From assembly GCA_013239625.1 (NCBI GenBank), contig MU053758.1:62001-126000 (forward strand): 64,000 nt of DNA. Reading direction: 5' to 3'. This DNA is from Lama guanicoe (lineage: Eukaryota). Numbering within the stretch: position 1 is the first letter of the stretch; the number at the start of each line of letters is the position of its first letter. The position numbers and the translations under genes are program-made. Shown piece after piece: positions 25,651 to 39,770 of this stretch. Below the pieces are notes generated by a model. That model saw only the letters and a program-made list of their open reading frames with translations. It did not search any database and was not told the origin of the DNA.

Positions 25651-28600
25651 TTTGTAATACTCAAGCTGGGAAAACAGGTGGATGGTGGAGTTGGACAAAC
25701 CTGGTTCTGCCACTCACCAGCAGTGTACCCTTATGCAATCTCTGTAGGTCTCTGGCTCCTTGGTATTAAATAAGGATGACAGTAGTACCTGAGAAGGTCT
25801 AAGGAGGAGGATTAGCTTTAAAGAAGAAAAGAGCTAGCTCTTTTAAGGCTAGGTAAGACCACGCTTAGAGTATCTTTTGGTGGGGATTAAGGCCACTGTA
25901 GGAACTGATACTGACTGGACTGTCTCTTTGCAGTTAAAGAGAAGGGAGGCAGAGCTTATCTAGGGAAGCTGACCCGCCCTCAGGCAGGGTTTCCTAGCAT
26001 GGTGTGCACATGGAGGGAGTTTAATGTAGAATAACTGCTGATTCTCCTTGTACCGGACACAGTGCTAAGTGCCTAGGGACACAGGATGAATTAAGACCTG
26101 TTTTTTGCCCTCAGGGAACTTATAGTCCAATGATAGTGATGATGATGATGATATAGTAATAGTAATAATACTAATAGCAGCACCAAAATGCACTGAACGT
26201 GTACTATGTACCAGATACTGTTCTAAGCACTTTCCTCAAAATTTTAACTTATCACAGTAACCTATTATTATAATCTTCATTTTTCAGGTGAGTCTCAGAG
26301 AGTAAATAACTTGTCCAAGGCAGTCTGATGCCAGAAACGCATACTTAGTTATTCAGATATAAATTTAATGTAGCAAGTAATAAAATGGAGGGATACACAG
26401 AACATCATGAGGGCAAAAAAACACCATCCCACAGTCTGGTTCTCAGCTTCCAGAATTTGTCAGTGTACTCAGGCAGATCAGGATCAGAGGGATTGATCTG
26501 TGCTAAGTAGTCTTAATGATATGTAAATAAAATTGCTAATTTACAGTGAAAAGGCTGAGTGACAAGTGGTTCAGAACTCTAAGGTTCTTTGGTCAGAATA
26601 CCCTTTGCCTAGAAAAAATTTATATTAGAAGCTAGATTATAATCACAAGATTGGCAGGGGCGGGGAATTACAGCAAAGGAAGGTAATCAAATGATCTTAA
26701 TAGTGATATCATTCTTCATTGAATCCAATAAGCCATCAGTTGTAAGACAAATCTGATTTATATATCGCTAAGAAAATGCTGCAGATTAAACAATGACATG
26801 CCATCGATTGTTATGGTATATGTCAATTTCACAGATGTTAGTATATGGGGAGAAGGGCAAGTCTTAGAATCAACTAATATTTATTTATAAATATCAATTA
26901 AGAATTTACTTAGTGGGGCTACTGTAGTGAAAAAGATTAAAATTGTCCCTAGGTTCACAGTGCTTATAGTCAGATTGGGGTGATAGGCAAGGCATAATGA
27001 TAGTTTGACGATGAGCGCATAGTCAGTACATGGGACCAAATGAAACTGGCTAGAGTTCGATGAGTTGTGGGGTGAGGAGAGGCAAGGAGTCTGATAAGAC
27101 ATGATATGGAGAGCAGTAAGCAGGTACCGGATCACAGAAAAAAACCATATGTCACGTAGAAAAGCTTGAGCTTTATTCTAAGGACAGTGGGAAGTTCTTA
27201 CACAGTTTTAAGCAGTTTGACACAACTATCTGAAAGTTAGCTCTGGCTCTAGTGTGGAGGGATTGGAGGGTGGGGAGCAAGAATAGAGATGGTGAAACCA
27301 GTCAGGTGGATATCACAGTAATCCAGGTGAATGACTGTGATGTCATAGTAGGCTAGCTACATAGATGCACAGATTTCTGATGCTGCTCAAGGATATTCAT
27401 AAGCAGATTGAAATGCTTGTGTGTACTGGCCAGATCACTTTTTCCTTGAGCAGTGCAAAAGACAGCTAACTAGCCAAATTCTTGCTCTTTTCTATCTTCC
27501 CTGCAGACTCTATCTTCATTTATAATGTGCATTCTTTATGCTCATTACAGTACTATTTCTTCAATTAGGTTAGCTTTATCTATATGTAACAGATAGGTCA
27601 TATCATAAGATGTATTGGTATGTGTGCTTTCTAGTTAAACCTTTATGGACTTAGCTGTCAGTACATCCCCCAGCCACCGGTTTACTAGTGCTTCCTTAAA
27701 GTGGGACATTGTATACATGGTTGATTTCAAATGTTACATTTTGATTTTTCCTTGTTTCAGCCTCATTGTAATTTTACCTTGAGGTTTTAGGGAAACCTTA
27801 CCATCAGACATTAGCACAATTAGAAGATGGGCCTGATGAATATCAGAGTTAGAGTTGGGTGGAATTGTGGGTTTGTGTCTGGAACAACAAATGTGGAAAA
27901 TTTGGTAGGACATCAGGAAATGAATAAAAGATTATTAAGCAGTTAATGGGACCCATTTAAATTTGAATACGTGGATTTGTGGTAGGCCAGTTCTAAGTTT
28001 TTGATCTTTCTGTGGCAAGTCGTTACAGCCTTGAAGACTACGAATGAGAGGCGATTAGAGAGGTCCAGGGTTGGATCCAGGTTTGAGCACATGACAAAGT
28101 TACACGTCCATACATTCAGTAAACTTTCAATGAATACATGCTGTTTGCAAATAAAGTATCTAGAGAATCTGAGAGGTGATTCTGAATCAAGTAGAGCGTG
28201 TTTGCTTGTATTAGACTAGTAATTCAAAGATTAGGTCCTTGGCTCTGGTTCTGTATGACTTAGGAGTGAAGAATTGTAACTCTGCAGAGTCAAGGAAGGG
28301 GAGGAGTCCAGGGGGTTGACTGGTATCAAATAGGTGATACTTTGAAAATATTTTATTGTACAAATAAATCATGTTTATTTTAGAAAACAAGAAGTACATA
28401 TGAGCATAAAAAGTAAAGTAAAACACTCATCATCCCCTTGTCTAGAGACAATCACTGCCAACTGATTTCGTTTCACGTTTTCCTGTACATATTTTTCATT
28501 GAAAATGGATAATACTATGCATACATCTTTCATATCGTGCTTGTTTTACTTAATAGACTATAGTTTAGACTTTTCTAGTTCTTAATAGTTTACAGATTTT

Positions 28601-29094
28601 CATGTTAATAATTACATTTCTATACTTTTATAATATTGTTTTTAACAACACTCTCCATTAGATGAGTATACCAAATTTAATCAATTCCATTTGCCATAGA
28701 ATTTGAATTTTTTAAGGTAGTCAGAAGAAATGCATTTAAAGAGAAGGAAAACAAGAGGGGTCAGAATTTACCTAGAAAGATGACTGTGAATCCCAGGGAA
28801 GAGCCTAACAGTAGCAGTGATTGAATAATGAATGAAAAGGAGGAAGATAAAAGAAATATGCTAGCAGATAATACTGGTGACTGCGGAGAAAACTGATCCT
28901 TCCTGACTGTTCAATTCATTCTCTTAGGGAAGTGAGGAAAGTTCTGGTTTCTATGGAAGGAGGGCAGCAGGAAATGTCAGTTTTCAAAGGCAGAGATAAG
29001 AAATAAGGACTACAAGATGCTTGCTCCTAGTATTAGAAGGGGTCCCAAAGTGGAGGAAAACAGTAAGAAACTAACATTTCTTTGTGTATGCAGG

Positions 29095-29330
29095 AATGCA
29101 CAAAGCATTGAGGTGTAAAGGACTCTGGTGTACTGTCTGGAGCCGGTGGCAGTTTTAAATCCTGGCTCTCCACTAGCTGTAGAACCTTAAGCAAGTTTCT
29201 TAGTTTCCTTATCAGTAAAATAGGGATAATAACATACCTACTTCAAAGGGCTGTGAGGACCACCAAAGATTAATAAGATATGAAGTGATTAGAACAGTGG
29301 CAAGCACTCAGTACGATTCAGTACACGGTA
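29095..29330 (+). mobile_element. MIR SINE
   Basis: aatcctggctctccactagctgt, agtttccttatcagtaaaatagggataataacatacctacttcaaagggctgtgagga. Confidence 0.7.
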
Positions 29331-29764
29331 ACTCTTATTTATACAGACTAGAACAAGGGCACCTGTTAAAAGAAAGGGAGCAGTAATTAAAGTGAGAACA
29401 AACTTGTAGCCAGAGTTCCAGTAAAGATACAAGCTGCATGCATTGAGAATTGATGAAGGAATTGATAAATACAAGCATATGGTCACTGAAGCATGTGTTC
29501 ATGGGTACTGCACCTCACCATGGCATTCCATGTGAAGTGATTATGGACACATATGTTCAAAATCACTGTGTTTCTCCCCTATAGCCCTGGGAGAGAGGCA
29601 GGGAGGTATAGCATGAAGCTAAACACTAAGTCCAAAGGAAAGAGAATCTTAAAAATTGAGCTCTTAGAACCCAAACCTAATTTCCTCCCTAGATGCCCTT
29701 AGAACTGTGGGAGTTTGTTTCCTATTTGGCTCAGTGGCCCAGTAATTCTCAGCCAGGAACAGTA

Positions 29765-29905
29765 GCCTGCTTCTCAACACTCCCCACACCCATGGGCATT
29801 TGGAAATCGTGTGGGGACATTCTTGATTGTCAGAATTTCTTGGGGACATTTAGTAATCTGGCGCCAGGACCACTAAGTGCTCTTCAGATAGGCAGATAGT
29901 CCCAC
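29765..29905. mobile_element. hAT-Charlie MITE (MER3/MER20-like)
   Basis: ttctcaac...gggcatttggaaat...ggggacattcttgattgtca...gatagtcccac. Confidence 0.45.
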
Positions 29906-30478
29906 GTCCCGGAGGACTGCCTGCAGAGAAACACTGCAGTGTGAAATTCCGGTGGTAGGGTGAGTCAGTCCACTGTCTCCCCAGTCCAGCACCAAAAAGT
30001 AAGCCACGTGCTACAGGTTACGTACAAGTAGACATGAAGAGACTTATCTGTTCCACAGGACATTTTGAGCAAGTCCTACTTGGGGTTGGAATGTCAGAAA
30101 TCGCTGACAAATTACTTGCCTGTGTTTAGGGGCAGAGATTCATCTGTGGTCTTAGTTCCCTTGAGCACAGGAAGCCACCTCAACAGTTCTTCATGTAGGA
30201 TGTGAGGGATCCCTACTGTAGATGCCTTCTTTTTTCCTTTCCTTTTCTTTTTTTTTAAACCAATCCCAGATAGTAGGTTGTGTGTAAGTTTTACTTGTAT
30301 CTGCTCTTTTTTGCTAGGTCCCAACTTTGGGGGACTCTTTTATGACTATTAGAATAGGATATGCCGTGGGGAGAGGAGTGAGAGGTAACCTCCTTTTTAA
30401 TATGAGGACTAGCATGAGCACATAATTACCGACTACGCTGTTAATCTTTTTGTGTGTGTGTGTCTGTGTTCATCTCAG

Positions 30479-30990
30479 GAGAGAAACCCTTTATCTGTGA
30501 AATCTGTGGCAAAAGCTTCACCAGCCGCCCCAACATGAAGAGGCACCGCAGAACTCACACAGGCGAGAAGCCCTACCCCTGTGACGTGTGCGGCCAGCGG
30601 TTCCGCTTCTCCAACATGCTGAAGGCCCACAAGGAGAAGTGCTTTCGGGTGACCAGCCCCGTGAACGTGCCGCCTGCTGTCCAGATCCCACTCACCACCT
30701 CCCCAGCCACCCCAGTTCCTTCTGTGGTGAACACGCCCACAACCCCAGCCCCTCCAATCAGTATGAACCCTGTAAGCACTCTGCCCCCGCGGCCCATCCC
30801 CCACCCCTTCTCACACCTTCACATCCACCCACACCCTCACCACCCACACCACCTTCCTATCCCTCCGGTCCCTCACCTCCCCCCACCTCCAGCTCTCTTT
30901 AAGAGCGAGCCTTTAAATAACAGAGGCCAGGGGGAGGACACCTTTCTGCGGCACCTGGCAGAGAAGAACAGTTCAGCACAGCATCATTGA
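30479..30990 (+). CDS. ZNF652: ZNF652 last coding exon (two fingers plus Pro/His-rich tail)
   Basis: ctcag|GA acceptor; [12 protein letters not shown]...[13 protein letters not shown]. Spliced CDS is frame-consistent: 586 aa from ATG 18802, 607 aa from ATA 18739. Confidence 0.95.
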
Positions 30991-33900
30991 CATCCATCTC
31001 CTTACGTGTGTTCTCCACGAGTTCTGTGCCCCTGTATGAGTTTGCAGAGAGGGAGTTGGTGAGCATTTCTGTAGCTGTCATACTCTCCTCAGCCTCCACC
31101 AAGAGCTTTGTCATTGTCCTGGTGAATCAGCACATCGGAGAGAGTGAACAAGAAGACCTTGAGCTCACGGAGGGAACTGTCATCCAAACCAGGGAACCAC
31201 CAAACAAAAGCCCAATTTGCTTGCATTTTCTGGTGACTTTTATAAATTTCAGATACTCAAGACTTGTGGAATTTTATAATTTCATATCAGCTGATGAGGT
31301 ATGCTTGCTTTTATATCCTGGACTTCTCCTCAAAGAGGGGACAGGCCTGGTTCCTTTGTACTAATCGGGAAGGCTGTGAGATTAATCCAGAGCATTAATT
31401 GTATCACTGTGTATCATAACAAATTCTTTTCAGCTTTTGGTGCTGGCTTCAGAGTTGAGCTAGCCATGTTTCACAGTATATCAAGCATTATAGAGAAAGA
31501 CAGAAATCTTCTCCTTTGTGTAGCTCTCCTAACGCACTCTTTATTTTACTACAGAAATTATTTTAGAGTTTTTGTATAGACTTCTTTAGTAGTCTGTTTC
31601 TAAAATGAAATGTATTTCAATAAGCGGTGTAATTTTTTCAGTGTAGCTGGACCTATGTTGTAAAATAGAAAAAATTTTTATAATCACCAAAATGTGATTC
31701 TTAAAGATGCATATAACTTCTGTAGTTCAAAGTGATTCTTACATCCGTACAACTCAAAGGTGCTTCAGAGACTAGATGTATATGAGAGGGTCTCCAGACC
31801 GAGTTACTGCAAAAATGAGGTTTTGCTTTCAGAATTTGGCATAAGTACTTGGTGGTCTTTAAATCTCTGCTTAACACTCAAGGGTCTGTTGGGCTCGTGG
31901 ACATGCTGTTCCCTCTGAGTTTCATTTGGTTCAGTAGTGTGTTAAATGGAATGATTTGCAGAGGGTTGAGCCTTTTCTGGGAAAGTCATTGCAAGGTTAC
32001 CTGTTCTGAAAATCTGCGTAAAGCTGTCCCCCATCAAGAGGAGGAAGTAGGGGAGGTTGCTTCATCTCAGTCACCTCTAGTTCCCTCAGAACTGTGCTCA
32101 TGGTCAGCTTTGCTGGGATGAGAAATTGAAGTCTCATAATACACTGCTTGTTTTGAGGTTGCTTTATTTTTCTAGCATTGTTATGTAAAGATGAAATAGT
32201 GCACTAAAATCGCAGACATCATGCTGCTGATAGTGGCTGAGAAAGTTGGATGAGAACACAATTGGTAATGACTTTCAAAACATCTGTTCTGTCAATGGGT
32301 ATATCCACAACTTTGAGCTGTTGTGACACAGTTTAAATTGTAGTGAGGGAGAGAAGACGACGTTTTGCTGCCGTGTTCTCTGCAGGTAATTAAATATGTG
32401 ATAGCAGCCTTCTTGGTGACAGCCACATCTCTAATTTGGAGCAGGTGACTTTTTCAAGTTTGGGGAACTTCGAAAGAGCATGGTTAATCAGGAGCTTATA
32501 GGAAAGGCTGAACAGAAGGGCTAACGTATTGGTTATGTTTAGCTGATCACATTTATCCAGACTCAGTATAGCTAAAAATTTTGTATTTTTTCATCTCAGT
32601 GAACTGAGTTACAAAGCTAGGTCTACTTTCTCTCTCTTCCCTCTTTCACTTTTTAACTATGAACTTTCTTCCCTTTTCTTTCCTCAGATTCTTCAGTCTT
32701 GGCCTGAATCAGGACCCTGGCTTTTATTTATTTTTTGTTTTTAATATTATATGTGTAGATATACTTCAAGCACTTTTCTGGCTGATTAGCTCTGTGATAG
32801 GAAAAAAATGGAACGTTTTCAATTGAGGTTAAGTCCCTATTTTAAAAATATCACATTCTCTATTAGCTCTTTGGTTTAATATTTCCAAGTTTTGTTTTTT
32901 TTTCCTTCTGATTATTGCCTTTGTCTTCTATAATGAGCATAGGAAAATTTGGGAATAAGGCAGAAAAGTATCTCAAGACATACTTTTCTTCCTGTTTTTG
33001 GATATTACTGCTAAGGAATGTTGTTTTAAATATTTGTATACATTCTTGGAACACCCAAGTACCCAAACCAATAAGGAAAGTGAATTCCTTATTTATGACT
33101 GTTATATCTTTAGTGGCTGCCTCCCCTTTCTCCCCAAATCTCCTTTGCATTCCATGACAAGTCTGTGGATCTGCACCTTTGTGTGGACATACCATTATTC
33201 CACGTCCAAGCTTGTAAGTTAAAATGATTTTTTTAAGATGTAAATTTCAGCTTCGTTAACCAGTTACATCTTATTTTTTTCTAACTAAATTCAATCTTGG
33301 GCAGCAATTCTGAATTCTAGACTTGAGACCATCAAGTCAACCATTTTATGAGGTGTACTATAATTATACACTGGAAAATTCAGGTAGTCATGTTCGGTTT
33401 TTCATTCAAGTGAATATAGCCATAAGAAAATACCTGCTACATAGGAAAACCAGTATTAAGCAAATAATCACCACCACCCTTAACAGAAGCAAAAAAATGA
33501 TTATCTTTTTTAAAAAACCAGCATTGTCACACAATACAATTCTTAGTGAAATATATTGTGAAACAATCTGGAAACTTCCATTGTTTTTTTCCCCTAGATA
33601 AGTATACCTTCCCTGACTTGGGGTTTGTGGTTGTCAGGAAGACTGCTCAGAACATGGTGACTCTTCATCAATGGCATATTACACATGCCTAGTAAAGTAC
33701 ATTGAGAATATCCATAGCATTAATACTTCTGAATATAAGAACTGCAGGATTAAGCCTTAAACATGTATGTGCATCAGGTTTAACATGCATAAGACTCAAA
33801 CTCAGGGTTGAAAATTTGATTGGGGTCCTTTACTAAGATAAAAGGTGCATTATGTGGTGTGTTCCCTCCCACATATATAGCCTGGCACCCCGTGACTTCT

Positions 33901-34168
33901 TCAGAACTTATTACCTACTTGTTATCTTTTTATGAAAAAAAGAACTATGGAGGAGTTTGAGTTCTCAGCCCTTATCTGTGTTTAAATTTTAAAGACAACA
34001 AAGGCCACATTTCAGCATTATATAGATGTTAAATTGAGGCTGTTTCTCATGACTTAGTTTTACTGTCTTCAAAGGCTTGTATCATTGCTAGGGTTAAGAC
34101 TTGAGGAAAATTCCCAAGGACTTTCTTGAGTTGATATTGTGGGGGATTTTTGTTGTTGTTGTTGTTTT

Positions 34169-34209
<41 letters not shown>

Positions 34210-37200
34210 CATTTTTCTATTCTTCTCATAGCTTTATCAATCAGATATAAACTCTTCCTTAGCCTTAATGGAAGGCTGCTTGTTGCTTTCTCAAACTGAG
34301 TCAAGAAAGCTCATAGGAGTTAGATTTTTACATTTGAATGAAAACAATAAGATGAACAGTTTAAAGGCATGTGGCTTCATTTCCACATGTAACTGTGATT
34401 TGATTCTTATTTTTAGCAAGCAGGAAAGTCTCCATATAAAACTCTACGGTAGTTCAATGTAACCTTTGCAGGTCAGTTACATGTACTTTTACAGCTTACC
34501 ATTTACATTAAGCATTCTAAATTAATGATTGGACATTATCATAGATGTACCATCTTTTTTTAAAACTTGGAAATACCTTTTCATTGTGGTTAGAATGCTC
34601 CCTATAATTGGATTGTCCCTCATATACTAACTGAAGGCAAAATACTCTGAAGAGATGCTTGTAAACTTTTCATTTTCTGCTGCTTAAAATATTTTTTCAG
34701 TTCTCATGCTTGTTGAATAGATATGTATGTTCAGCTTAATTTTTATTTCACTGGAAGTTTTGAATTTTAAGAAGATCAAGCAGAAATAGAAATCCATTAC
34801 AGATGTATATATATTTAGTCCATCTTGCAGATTTCAGTTAGTGAAACACAGAATGGTAGGTGGGGTTAGAAAGAAAAGAAAAGAAAATGAAAGTTAGAGA
34901 ACTCTTCTTTTTGAGCTACTGTAGAGAAGAGACAGCTCTCATTATGTTGCTGACCACATGGTGACCATTTCCATGCTGTTCTACACTGTATGTATGGGAA
35001 GTATTTAATGAGAAAGGGAGCGAGTTACATTTAAGAGTTTTATCAGCCTCTCCCATTACAAAAATCAACTCACCTGGAATTCTTCAGACCATAAAATTGA
35101 GCAAGTAAATGTTGGGTTTTAATTTTCCTTTGAGTAAACAAGATAGGAAATTTCCCAAAAGATCGTTTTTCCAGGAATGAAAGGTCATTAGCCATTAGAG
35201 ATGGTGGCGTCGTTATGTACTGGCAACACCCTAGCTATCACGCTTCTGTCATCTGTAGCGTTTATAACAAATAACAATGACCTTCCAACCCCGGACACTA
35301 CCTCGATAAAGCAAACCAGAGATCCTCTCTCCGCTTTCTATGGAAGCCATAAAAGTTGCCATCAATATATCTACTTTCATAGTTCTGTACTTTTATACTC
35401 TCTAGACTTTTTATAGACTTTATGAGCAGAGCTTTTTGTCTTAGAGGATAGGTTTTGCAAGATTCAAAGGAAACTCAAACTCCTTGGCTGTCCTAACTTT
35501 GAAGCTTTAGCTTCAGTAAATTTATTTAAAGAACTAGATAATGTACCATTTATCAGATTCTTCATTTAAGTCAAAGCTATTTTGCAGAGTTATATAACCA
35601 GAAAACACTTCTCTTTCTTATTCCCTAAGTAGAAGCTACATTGTTGTAAGAAACTACTTTCAAAGTGGATTTCTACCTTGTTAGACTCTGCATATAACTT
35701 GATAATATATGTATTGTCACAATATTCCTGGAGTTGTTTTTATTTCCCTGTGACAGGTCGGTGAGTGTGCATCTCTCTCTAATCCTCTGTTCCCTCACTG
35801 CAGCTTCAGTCTCTCTCACTCTGTTCTTGAGTGCCTTCAGAAAGCCAGCATCCTGGAACATTCTTTCCCCAATCTAAATCCTACCTCTGATGATTTCATT
35901 CTCCGTGAGTATTGGAGTTCACCCTTAGTCCAACTGAGTTGCCTCTACAAACTAGCTAAAACGTTGGGTGCGAATTTTTTATGTATTTCTGTTTTGTTCC
36001 CCCACATCATTTTTAGATTACATTTTAAACTTTTATCTATATCTTATTTCTTCACATATTGCATCTCTAATGATGAAAGATTTTATCCTTATCTTACTCC
36101 TCATTTTCTTTTCTTTCACTGGAAAGTAGATGTCCCTTTAAAACTAAAGGTCATTGAATATCTCTTTTGAGCATCTTTTTCTCATCTTAGTCTTCCTGAA
36201 TGCCTCTCCTTTTTGATTAAAGGATCCTGAATGCTGCTGTTGCTATGCCATATTCCTGTACGCCCTCTCTCTTCCAGAAACATTTTGCAAAGTTGTACCC
36301 ATAATTTAATTTTAGTCAAATTAATTTAAAATTGCTCTCTGGGTTTATCAAAAGCCCTTTATTGATTTTTTGATCTGCCTCTTTCCTCCTGTCCCTCAGA
36401 AATTTCCAGTTACTTTTTTTCTACTTGTTCTTTATCTAATTTTTTTAAAAATATGGTTGACACGTAATAAATGAAGGATGTAATAAAGAGGGGCTTGCAT
36501 TATGTTCTCCATGTGGCACCTTACTGATAGAACATTTTAGCAGTTGGCTCATCTTTCACAGTCAAAACTGAAGTTTGTGCTGTGTACAGGTCTCTTGCTG
36601 CCTTTCGGTTCTTCTCCAAAACTGAAAACAAATAGAACTCTTTAAAGTGAGGAAATTAGATTGCTTTTTTAAAAAGTGAATGAAAGCTGTAGAGTTGAGT
36701 GTTTTGGCCTTAGTCAGAATCTTTCCTTTCTGATTAAAAATGCCATGTCTCTTTCCTCAAAGTTAATAATACTAGTACTCAGGTTTTCAGGACTAACTAA
36801 TAACCACAAAAAGTGGGAGTCTAAGAAGGCAGCTGTTAATAAATTCTTAATCCTCTCTGTCTGGCGACAGTATATTTTTGGTGGGACAGTGCAAAATTGT
36901 GAGAATGCTTATGTTTGATAAAGAGTAAATTCAAGACATTTGAAGACTTCGCTGGCTATTTCGAATGGACTGGTTTACAAAATGCAAAAGGTAAATTTCT
37001 ACAGGAAGAAGTGACAAGAGTTTCTTGTTGTTTTGAGTAGTTTACGCTTTAATTTGCCTTGATAGTCCCCATTATTGACCTAGAAGTTTGCCTCTTTTAG
37101 GTAGTAGCTGGCTACTTTAAATAACCACTTTGAAATCTGTGGCTTTTCTCTTCGGAATCTCAGGTGGTACAGCAGTGGAGAGTGGTGGTGGGCTCACACC

Positions 37201-39770
37201 TGGGAAGCCACATCCCTGAGACAGACTGTTGGCTTGTTTCATGTCTTTGTACAATGGAGACGTTTTGCACCAGTGTCAAAGGTGCCCTTGCCCGGAGAAG
37301 TGTCCCCACCACGTTCTAGTTTCACACTCTTTGAGCTTCCCTGGTGAGATCAGGGCTAGTAACAGATTACTTGAACGCGATTTTGGGGATGGGGTCAGAA
37401 AAGGGGTAGGAGCTAATAAGTTTTGCTTAAATCTGATACTTGCACTGTTGGTTTTGATCAACCAAAGGGCCTGTCTCTGTAGTGGATGTGCCAAAGAATC
37501 GAGTTGTTTCTAAATATCTAGCTCCTCTGAACAAACACAGCTTCCTCCTTACCTGTCTTTTACAGGTGGGAAGAGACTGTGTGATCACAAGGAAAGAGAC
37601 ACCAGCCCATATTCTGCATAGGACTTGAGGCTGTGTTTAGTTGTAATCGAAAGTCGGTGGGAAATATTTTATTCTTTTAGAATCTCTAACCTGTCCTAGA
37701 AATATCTTTTCTATGTTTGATTATTCAACTCATTATTAGGTTTTATCAAAAGTAAAAAAGGAAGCAAGTGTGTGACATAATTTTGGTGTTTACTGCTAAA
37801 GTTGTATCCCCAGTGGTGTATGTGCAGCCTCTGAAAATCGGATGAGTTCTCAGTCTTCTACCAGTTTGCATGTGCATTGTAGTCTGTGCTTGACATGGGC
37901 TTTTAGGATTCTGTTCCATCAGCAGTACTGGCTTTGTCCACAAGGGAGCAACAAGATACTTTAGCTTCTTTATTCTCACTTTCTGAAGGAAGAGCCCGCT
38001 GTTAAGTCCCTTACAGAATATTTTCTCTTGGCTCAAGACTTCTTTATAGATCTTGACTTTTAAGACACTTTCCCTTATTACTAAGTGCTCAGCCTTCATA
38101 TGCAAACAAAGATTGATGTGTGGGTCAGAGGTCCTTGTCGGGGTAGGCATCTTAATTAACCTTTTTACATAATGGTGCCCAAGATTGAAAGCAGCCAGGA
38201 CCTTCCTATGGGGGATTCCTTGTGTGCTAAATGCAGAGCAGGAAGGCGACCCTCCTTCTTTCTTCCGAATCCCACCACCAGCGCAGAACCATCACATCTC
38301 TGAGAAGGACGAGAGTGGCAGGGGTAACTCTGGAGTGTGAGTGAGAAAATGCTTCTCAGCCTCTCTGCTCCAGATAGATGTCTGTTACAGCAGGGAGTGC
38401 GTCCTCAGGGTCAGCAGCACATCCTGACCTGTGGGAGGGCCCCTGCAGCAGCCAGTCCTCTAGGTTGGAACTCAGTTTGGTTCCCTCTCTTGTCAGTTAC
38501 TTGTCTGAGGGCTCCTAACCCTCATCAGCTCTCTGACCACAGGTTTGTGCTCAGCAGCATCTTCTTCACAAGAAGCAGGTCAGTCATCAACTAAGAGGAA
38601 ACGCCAGACCCTGGCTACTTAGCCTGTAGAGCTGGGAGGCTTCTGCACCCGCAATGGCCTTCTGAACGGATATCTGCCTGGCTCCTCTTCTCCACCCAAG
38701 TCTGGCCCTGAGCAATACCAGTAGATAGAGGTGTCCACTTGTAACTCCAACACTTGACAGAAAAACGAAGCCGAAGCTGTGATCGCTTGAGGTAGCAGGG
38801 GGCCAGGTTTAACTTGTTTGTCGTTATTTTTGTTTTCCCCAACAGTACTGAACTCACTTGCACTTTTCCTCATTTCTTAAAGAAAAAAAATCCAGTTCGC
38901 TTGCCAGGAATTGTTCAGCGTTAGGTTTACAAAGCTTGTTGTTGAATGTTGAACATTTGTCCAAAGGAGTTTGACAAAACAGAAGCTGCTTGGGCCCTGT
39001 TCTGCCTGCAGGTCATAAGGATTAAGGCCACGTGGCTGGGGTACTTGTGTCAAGTCCAGAAGAGGGCAGTGTCCCTCTCTACCTCTGTGAGGGCGTTATT
39101 GAAGGTCAAGTTGGACTCATGTAGGGCAGGTATCTCTCGTGCTGCAAAGAAGTTTAGAGGAGTCTTTCATTTGGGGAGGGGACAGGTAATAGGACAGGAT
39201 CTCTTAAGATGGGAAAGACACTGGGGAGGGGAGAGCTGCTTGGCCCTGGGGAATGGGAGTGAGGTGGAACTGAGCTTCCCGCTGAATCTCCAAACTCGCC
39301 TAGCTTCCCTGAGTCATCTTTACTCCAGCATCCTGTCAGATCCCTCAGCGTACTGATTTTCCCCCTTGTGTTAAACTATACCAATATTAATTTTTTAGCA
39401 ATTGAAATGCACTTTTTTATTTCAACTCAATCATGATTTTAAGTATATGAAATTTATAGACTGTTAAAACTACTTTTTTGTGTATTTTTTAACCACTTGA
39501 TGTAGCATTGTCTGTTTTATTCTTATGAGACTCTGGTACAAGGTGTGCCACTTCATGGTATTTCTGAGACGCTGGGCCTTTGGATGTGTACGGTAACCAA
39601 CTTAATGCTAATGTTCACAGTGAAAAAAGAAAAAAAAGTAGCCATATCCATTTGTGTGTCTTTCTTCACTTCATTTCTTCCTTATCTTCAGGTGACAACA
39701 TTTTGAGGTTTCTTTGCTCAATGAATTGTCTTTTTTCTGTAAAATGAACAGTTCTGACTGCTGTTATCAG
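30991..39770 (+). other. ZNF652: Long ZNF652 3'UTR (distal end uncertain)
   Basis: About 8.8 kb with no repeat I can recognise, U-rich tracts and many miRNA seed matches; repeats resume near 40.1 kb; AATAAA at 36466, 36482, 36838 and variant AATGAA at 39743. Confidence 0.6.
34146..34209 (+). repeat. (TTG)n followed by a 40-nt poly-T tract
   Basis: T run 34170-34209. Confidence 0.9.
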
